Of a stretch of DNA of 64,000 nt, positions 59,520 to 64,000 are shown piece after piece. Location: NCBI GenBank assembly GCA_012646185.1, contig GCA_012646185.1_4706.1; one strand, 5' to 3'. The notes under the pieces are model-generated. The model worked only from the letters and a program-made list of their open reading frames with translations, made no database searches and was not told the origin of the DNA. This DNA comes from a phage. The number at the start of each line of letters is the position of its first letter. Within the stretch, counting starts at the first letter, position 1. A program made the translations under genes and the position numbers.

Positions 59520-59549
59520 TCCTCCCCCTGGCGGAAGCCGGAGGGAGGG
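59520..59549. terminator. hairpin with GGAA loop, terminator between convergent genes
   Basis: CTCCTCCCCCTGGC-GGAA-GCCGGAGGGAGGG with one mismatch; U-rich on the minus side. Confidence 0.6.
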
Positions 59550-59556
59550 GTGAGGT

Positions 59557-60042
59557 TTATGCGCGTTCGTTACCAACCGTTACTTTGTAGTCAGCGTCGG
59601 TTAAGAATATAGACAGGAATCCATGTTCTTTGCAAATCTGACTAAGGATGTCAGCAATGATTTCGTTGATCATCGGCTTGTTTGCAAGGGCATAGATGTA
59701 CCCGGGTGTAAAAGAAAGTGCGTGATTGATCATAGGCTCATGAGAAGCCAAGATAAGGATCACGTGATGCTTCCCATCGTCGGTAACGACCGCTTGCGTA
59801 GACACGAAGAAATCAGTGAAGCAGCAGCGATCACAGGCTTTAGGTATATACAAGTCACCCAGAGCTTCGTTACGTGCTTTTACGTGTGTTTCAGGGGTGA
59901 TGCTGCTAAGTTGATCTTCAGCGAGATCCAAGACATCCTCAATCGTTTTAAGAATAGCGTTGCGGAAATCCTCACGGTAGAATGGGATGATATCACGATC
60001 GTTCATGTAATCGCCGGATTCGATAGTAAAGTTGATGTTCAT
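59557..60042 (-). CDS. hypothetical protein (161 aa)
   Basis: ATG at 60040-60042. Confidence 0.8.
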   Translation of the reverse strand: MNINFTIESGDYMNDRDIIPFYREDFRNAILKTIEDVLDLAEDQLSSITPETHVKARNEALGDLYIPKACDRCCFTDFFVSTQAVVTDDGKHHVILILASHEPMINHALSFTPGYIYALANKPMINEIIADILSQICKEHGFLSIFLTDADYKVTVGNERA

Positions 60043-60152
60043 TGAATGCTCCTAGTGGTTATGTCGATTGATTGATGTATTGATTTATGTTTGATGGGGT
60101 ATACTTGAAACTACAAATAAGGCTCTTGGCGTTGCTGTTATGGTTCAGTTCT

Positions 60153-60605
60153 TTATCCCTTGTTGGATTCGTCAATATACTTGGTGTCGTAAGACAAATG
60201 CTGAATTAATTTTCTAGGTCTGATGAATATACGACATGTGATAAACACATCAGGATTGTATTGTTCCACGCAACGTCCGAAGGCTCGTTTTGCGGCGTGA
60301 CGCATCAACACTAATTCCCGATCGTTCATCTCATCATCAAATTCGATGTGTATCGTGATTTTATCGGGAAATAAATAGATAGAGTAATCGCCACCAATAC
60401 CGCCGTCGTCAAAACGATAATCGTTGTGGTAATGGTGAAGTTTACCTTCGTGTATCGTCTGGTACCACCCGACGTTACTATCAAGGCCCATACCCAGGCG
60501 TCCGAATGCCTGATTAATAATATCTTCGACGACGGATGCGGGTGTGGGGCCATTGAACAATCTATCCAGACGTTTTTTCATCGATTTGTCGTTTTTCATG
60601 TTCAT
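60153..60605 (-). CDS. hypothetical protein (150 aa)
   Basis: ATG at 60603-60605 with CAGGAAAAG ribosome-binding site. Confidence 0.8.
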   Translation of the reverse strand: MNMKNDKSMKKRLDRLFNGPTPASVVEDIINQAFGRLGMGLDSNVGWYQTIHEGKLHHYHNDYRFDDGGIGGDYSIYLFPDKITIHIEFDDEMNDRELVLMRHAAKRAFGRCVEQYNPDVFITCRIFIRPRKLIQHLSYDTKYIDESNKG

Positions 60606-60633
60606 TGTTTCTTTTCCTGTGTAGTCGGTATAC

Positions 60634-60669
60634 AGCCCTTCCCCGGCCTTGGTGGCTAGGGAAGGGGCT
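60634..60669 (-). terminator. hairpin AGCCCTTCCCC...GGGAAGGGGCT
   Basis: Between the stop of the 60681 gene and the start of the 60153 gene; one bulge. Confidence 0.5.
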
Positions 60670-60680
60670 ATGCTACGTTG

Positions 60681-61079
60681 TTATGCTTCGCAATCAGCTG
60701 AAGGCGTCGCGCCTTTCTTACCGGCGATACGCCAAATCCGACACGCTGGGTAATGGTTAACCTCTAGAGAGCAAGGAATGTTATATTTCTCTTCCAGCGC
60801 ATAAAGACATTTCGTTAGCTGCTCCAGCGCGTTCTCGTCGTGTCGTAACGCGTGGTGGCCTAATCGATGTTGGTCGTTCTTTATATACGCCTCGAAGAGA
60901 ACATGTTGGCGATGTACGCTGACGTTTACAGCCTCGAGTATAGCTTGGTCGAGCATACGACTAAAGCACATCAACGAGTCAGATACGTTTTCTCGCTTAA
61001 CCAGATCGATCATGGCGGGAATATACGAATGGTCGATGTTATCGATGACCGCTTTAGCGACGGAATCAGCAACGTTCAT
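60681..61079 (-). CDS. hypothetical protein, small paralog pair C (132 aa)
   Basis: ATG at 61077-61079; shares KAVxDNIDH, MIDxxKxE, EEKYNIPxSLEVN with the 61115 gene. Confidence 0.8.
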   Translation of the reverse strand: MNVADSVAKAVIDNIDHSYIPAMIDLVKRENVSDSLMCFSRMLDQAILEAVNVSVHRQHVLFEAYIKNDQHRLGHHALRHDENALEQLTKCLYALEEKYNIPCSLEVNHYPACRIWRIAGKKGATPSADCEA

Positions 61080-61114
61080 CTTTTAATCCCTAGTTTGTTA
61101 TTGATCACGTATAT

Positions 61115-61510
61115 TTACTCTTTGACGTCAGTTGTCGTTTCGACATGCTTCTCACTACTGACGTACCAGAGCAGGTACGCTGGGAAAAGATTGACCTCTA
61201 AGCTAAATGGGATATTGTATTTCTCTTCCATTTTACAGAGATGTTCTTTAAGTAAATTTCTCGCGTCTCTGTCACCACGAACAGAGTGCCAGTCTAGTTC
61301 TTTGTTCTCCTTTACCAGGACCTCTACGATGATACGTTGCTCGTGAACCTCGGTTTTCACAGTGAAAAGTAAATCGCTGCTATCAAAACGGGTAAAACGA
61401 ATGTATGAACCAGGTGTTTTTTCTTGTTTAATAATATCGATCATGGTAGAAATGCGCGGATGATCGATGTTGTCGTTAACAGCTTTAACGATGGATTCTA
61501 CAATGCTCAT
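61115..61510 (-). CDS. hypothetical protein, small paralog pair C (131 aa)
   Basis: ATG at 61508-61510 with AAGGA ribosome-binding site. Confidence 0.8.
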   Translation of the reverse strand: MSIVESIVKAVNDNIDHPRISTMIDIIKQEKTPGSYIRFTRFDSSDLLFTVKTEVHEQRIIVEVLVKENKELDWHSVRGDRDARNLLKEHLCKMEEKYNIPFSLEVNLFPAYLLWYVSSEKHVETTTDVKE

Positions 61511-61605
61511 TTTTTATCCTTAATGTTATCGATATTGACGAGTTCATCAATACGGCACTGTTGGTTGAATTCGATTAATCGTTGAACTTTATCTTTGATA
61601 GACAT
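61507..61605 (-). CDS. possible 32-aa ORF (MSIKDKVQRLIEFNQQCRIDELVNIDNIKDKK), translationally coupled
   Basis: ATG 2 nt after the upstream stop; its TGA overlaps the ATG of the 61115 gene; GAAGGAG upstream. Below the ORF-track size cut-off. Confidence 0.3.
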   Translation of the reverse strand: MSIKDKVQRLIEFNQQCRIDELVNIDNIKDKK

Positions 61606-61607
61606 GA

Positions 61608-62066
61608 TTACCCATTAGCTCCTTCTTCGTCTGGAGAGTACTCCATTGTGTAGAATTCATAACCATCGGAAAACTTGAGTGTTAATGTAATAGGGAAATC
61701 GCACGGCGTAGCTGATTTCGTAAATGCGTTATTAGCAACATCTGCCAACCGACGTATAGCATCAGTCCCGCTGACGCTGAATGGTAGTTGTATGTTGATA
61801 AGGATACGATGCTTGTAAACATAGAAAACAACGGTACTGTCAAGATAGACGCTATGGAACGGTATTGTTGGGATGCGTTCCACGATGGTAAAATACGTCC
61901 CGTCATTATCGCTATGTCCCACCGACCAAATATCGGATTTGCGTAGATTTTGTTTGAGAGATTCGATGCTTCGAGTGACGGTATCAGCAACAGGCGTGAC
62001 GTAAGCGTCTTTATGCGAGTCGAAAAGTTCGTTGACGTTAGATTCGAATGAAAACGTTGTTGCCAT
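61608..62066 (-). CDS. hypothetical protein, small paralog pair D (152 aa)
   Basis: ATG at 62064-62066; C-terminal region resembles the 62132 gene (PITLTLKFSDGYEFY vs PVILTINGHDGSGLFEF). Confidence 0.8.
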   Translation of the reverse strand: MATTFSFESNVNELFDSHKDAYVTPVADTVTRSIESLKQNLRKSDIWSVGHSDNDGTYFTIVERIPTIPFHSVYLDSTVVFYVYKHRILINIQLPFSVSGTDAIRRLADVANNAFTKSATPCDFPITLTLKFSDGYEFYTMEYSPDEEGANG

Positions 62067-62091
62067 TTTCTACCTCAATGGTTTAACCGAT

Positions 62092-62118
62092 ACGTGCCCC
62101 ACCTAACAAGGGACACGT
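62092..62118 (-). terminator. hairpin ACGTGCCCC-acctaacaa-GGGACACGT
   Basis: One mismatch; sits between two minus-strand genes. Confidence 0.35.
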
Positions 62119-62131
62119 TATCGTTGATTAA

Positions 62132-62626
62132 TTACTCTTCTGTGTTTTCATTGTCGGGATCGTAGTGGAATTCGAACAGCCCTGAACCGTCGTGCCCGTT
62201 GATTGTTAGTATAACGGGCATATCGAATCCTCGGACACGCGAATGAAAACACTGTGCTAATTTGAGTTTGGCGTATGCCGCTATTTCATTGACAGCAATA
62301 CACGATTCACCTGTTATACTCAGTATAACGTCGATACTAACAATGTTGTCGTGCAACGCAAAACGCCAGCGATCGATACGATTATTATCTTTATCGGTTG
62401 TCTCGTTTACGAGATAGACTTTATCGTCAACCGACAAAGCGGGACTCCAGCAACGATCGTTTATTAAATTCGCCTGGAGTTTTAGTATCGTCTGATCGAT
62501 AATATCCCAACACGTAACCAGCGTGGTGTCAGGCACTGAGTAGAGAAGGGCGTGCACTTTATCCTTTATTTTAAGTGCTTCCGCAGGACGTCCGCAAATA
62601 CCATGCATTTCAACTTTCTTATTCAT
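62132..62626 (-). CDS. hypothetical protein, small paralog pair D (~164 aa), start moved to ATG at 62624-62626
   Basis: Track start GTG at 62632; ATG two codons later follows a purine-rich AGAAAGAAG. Confidence 0.75.
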   Translation of the reverse strand: MNKKVEMHGICGRPAEALKIKDKVHALLYSVPDTTLVTCWDIIDQTILKLQANLINDRCWSPALSVDDKVYLVNETTDKDNNRIDRWRFALHDNIVSIDVILSITGESCIAVNEIAAYAKLKLAQCFHSRVRGFDMPVILTINGHDGSGLFEFHYDPDNENTEE

Positions 62627-62669
62627 ATTCACTTCTTTCTTAATCTAAATGTTAGTTGGGGTGGAATGC

Positions 62670-63272
62670 TTACATGCTTTCTAACATATCGATGATCATG
62701 GAACCCATACCGAAACTCGGTCTTTCACCGATGTACTCAGCAAGCTGGCGATGGACGTCTTTTGGATTTCCTTCTTCACCATCGGCATCGATGTAGACCG
62801 AAAAAGAAAATGAATCGGAATCCACGCTGATAACCAGACGACGTTCATTGCGTTCCTTGAGCGTGTCGACGATAGCTGCTTTCAGTACTGCGATCGCGTT
62901 CATCGCGTGCAAGATATCTCCATCGGGTTTCGGCAGATCGATCTTTTCTTTCAGGTCGATATTGATGTTGGTTACAATTGGGTTGAGGTCGACCTTGACG
63001 TAATCGTTAGGGTACATGCGAATAATCGCACGATCGATATCTGAACCGTAAAAGTCAACACGTGGCTTTAACACTTCTTTGTTTGGATCCATGTTTTCAT
63101 CCATACCCGCCTGCAAGAAACGTTCTACGTTATCCAGTTCACGATAAACTGACGCTTCGATTTCTTTCAGATAGTTGGCTGCGGTTTCATGTTCTTTACG
63201 CAGCTCGTCTTTAAGGAGCTGTACGGTGACTTCACTGGAACGAATGCTGTTCGCGAATTGGGTAATTGACAT
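62670..63272 (-). CDS. hypothetical protein (~200 aa), start moved to ATG at 63270-63272
   Basis: Track start TTG at 63302; ATG at 63272 has AAGGAA ribosome-binding site 6 nt upstream. Confidence 0.75.
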   Translation of the reverse strand: MSITQFANSIRSSEVTVQLLKDELRKEHETAANYLKEIEASVYRELDNVERFLQAGMDENMDPNKEVLKPRVDFYGSDIDRAIIRMYPNDYVKVDLNPIVTNINIDLKEKIDLPKPDGDILHAMNAIAVLKAAIVDTLKERNERRLVISVDSDSFSFSVYIDADGEEGNPKDVHRQLAEYIGERPSFGMGSMIIDMLESM

Positions 63273-63327
63273 ATCGAATTCCTTAAATTCTCTTGAGTTC
63301 AATTAATGATGAAAAGCTGTAAAAAAA

Positions 63328-63345
63328 GGTGGGGCGAACCCCACC
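63328..63345 (-). terminator. intrinsic terminator GGTGGGG-CGAA-CCCCACC with U7 tract on minus strand
   Basis: A7 on plus strand immediately 5' of the hairpin; downstream of the 63371 gene. Confidence 0.8.
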
Positions 63346-63370
63346 AAAACGTCAGACACACGCAGGAAAA

Positions 63371-63796
63371 TTAATTCAGTGACGCATATAACGCATAACG
63401 ACTGTAGATCTCAACCGCCGGTCCGTTATGCGTTAACAGACCATCCCGGTTGTAATACTGGAAAAATGAATAACGTTTGTCGAAGTGATAAACAAAAGCA
63501 ATGTCTTTGCTGCCAAGACCTGTGATGCGTGGTCTGTTTTTATCTAACAGCGCTTTGACTTTTAACAGTGTTGCCGCACGTGCTTTAACGTTAGGGATTA
63601 ATCCATCACAATCGATATAAACTGTGTAACCTGTTTCAGATGTTGCGACGGTCGTATTGCGATTGACGCGGAAGATTTTTGTTTCGTATGTACTATCTTC
63701 AAGAATTGGGTTTTGTTTTTCGTATTTTCGTTTACGCAGAAATTCTACAACGGTGATATAGTTAGCGGTAATATGCCCGGTTATAGCTTGTAACAT
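63371..63796 (-). CDS. hypothetical protein (141 aa)
   Basis: ATG at 63794-63796 with AAAGGA ribosome-binding site; conserved upstream element. Confidence 0.8.
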   Translation of the reverse strand: MLQAITGHITANYITVVEFLRKRKYEKQNPILEDSTYETKIFRVNRNTTVATSETGYTVYIDCDGLIPNVKARAATLLKVKALLDKNRPRITGLGSKDIAFVYHFDKRYSFFQYYNRDGLLTHNGPAVEIYSRYALYASLN

Positions 63797-63860
63797 CTTG
63801 ACATCCTTTTATATTGGATTGGTTGCAATTGTCTTAAATAGATGATAAGATATTTTGCTC

Positions 63861-63924
63861 TTATCACTAAGGTAATGTAGTCGTGAAATAAACTGCGTTA
63901 ACACGAAATAAAAACAGCATAGAA
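63861..63924 (-). promoter_or_regulatory. conserved ~60-nt element, candidate phage promoter
   Basis: About 85% identical to 25205-25267; about 70 nt upstream of the 63796 start. Confidence 0.35.
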
Positions 63925-63964
63925 CCCTCCTCCCACATCCTTCAAGAGGACGGTGGGAAGAGGG
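63925..63964 (-). terminator. conserved-type hairpin CCCTCCTCCCAC...GTGGGAAGAGGG
   Basis: One mismatch; the gene it terminates lies beyond the window end. Confidence 0.5.
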
Positions 63965-64000
63965 AGAGATTAAATGTCGTGGACGGCAATGCCGTTTAAC

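Noticed and set aside
1-64000. tRNA genes, CRISPR arrays, RNA polymerase beta/beta-prime motifs, tubulin motif
   Set aside because: No T-loop-like GTTCGAATC motifs in intergenic regions, no regularly spaced direct repeats, and no NADFDGD or GGGTGSG motifs in any translated ORF.

Overview
This 64 kb window reads as a densely packed segment of a large lytic phage genome, most likely a phiKZ-like jumbo phage of an enterobacterial host. That identification is inference from a 740-aa capsid-sized protein, AGGAGG-type ribosome-binding sites, roughly 47-48% GC and host-like codon bias in two genes; no database search was possible. About 50 protein-coding genes are present, mostly on the minus strand in translationally coupled runs, and there are no tRNA genes or CRISPR arrays. 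Recognisable content includes a tail-fibre gene with six tandem repeats that runs off the window start, several tandem paralog arrays, a DnaB-like helicase, a membrane-anchored HExxH metallopeptidase, and the exonuclease half of a T4-type family-B DNA polymerase. The most notable feature is a group I intron carrying an HNH homing endonuclease at the 3' end of that polymerase gene. A family of at least eleven sequence-conserved terminator hairpins punctuates the region, three of them followed by a conserved ~60-nt candidate promoter element. Many ORF-track starts are TTG/GTG; where an in-frame ATG or GTG with a good ribosome-binding site lies just downstream I have moved the start. Hairpin and motif coordinates were counted by eye and may be off by a few bases.
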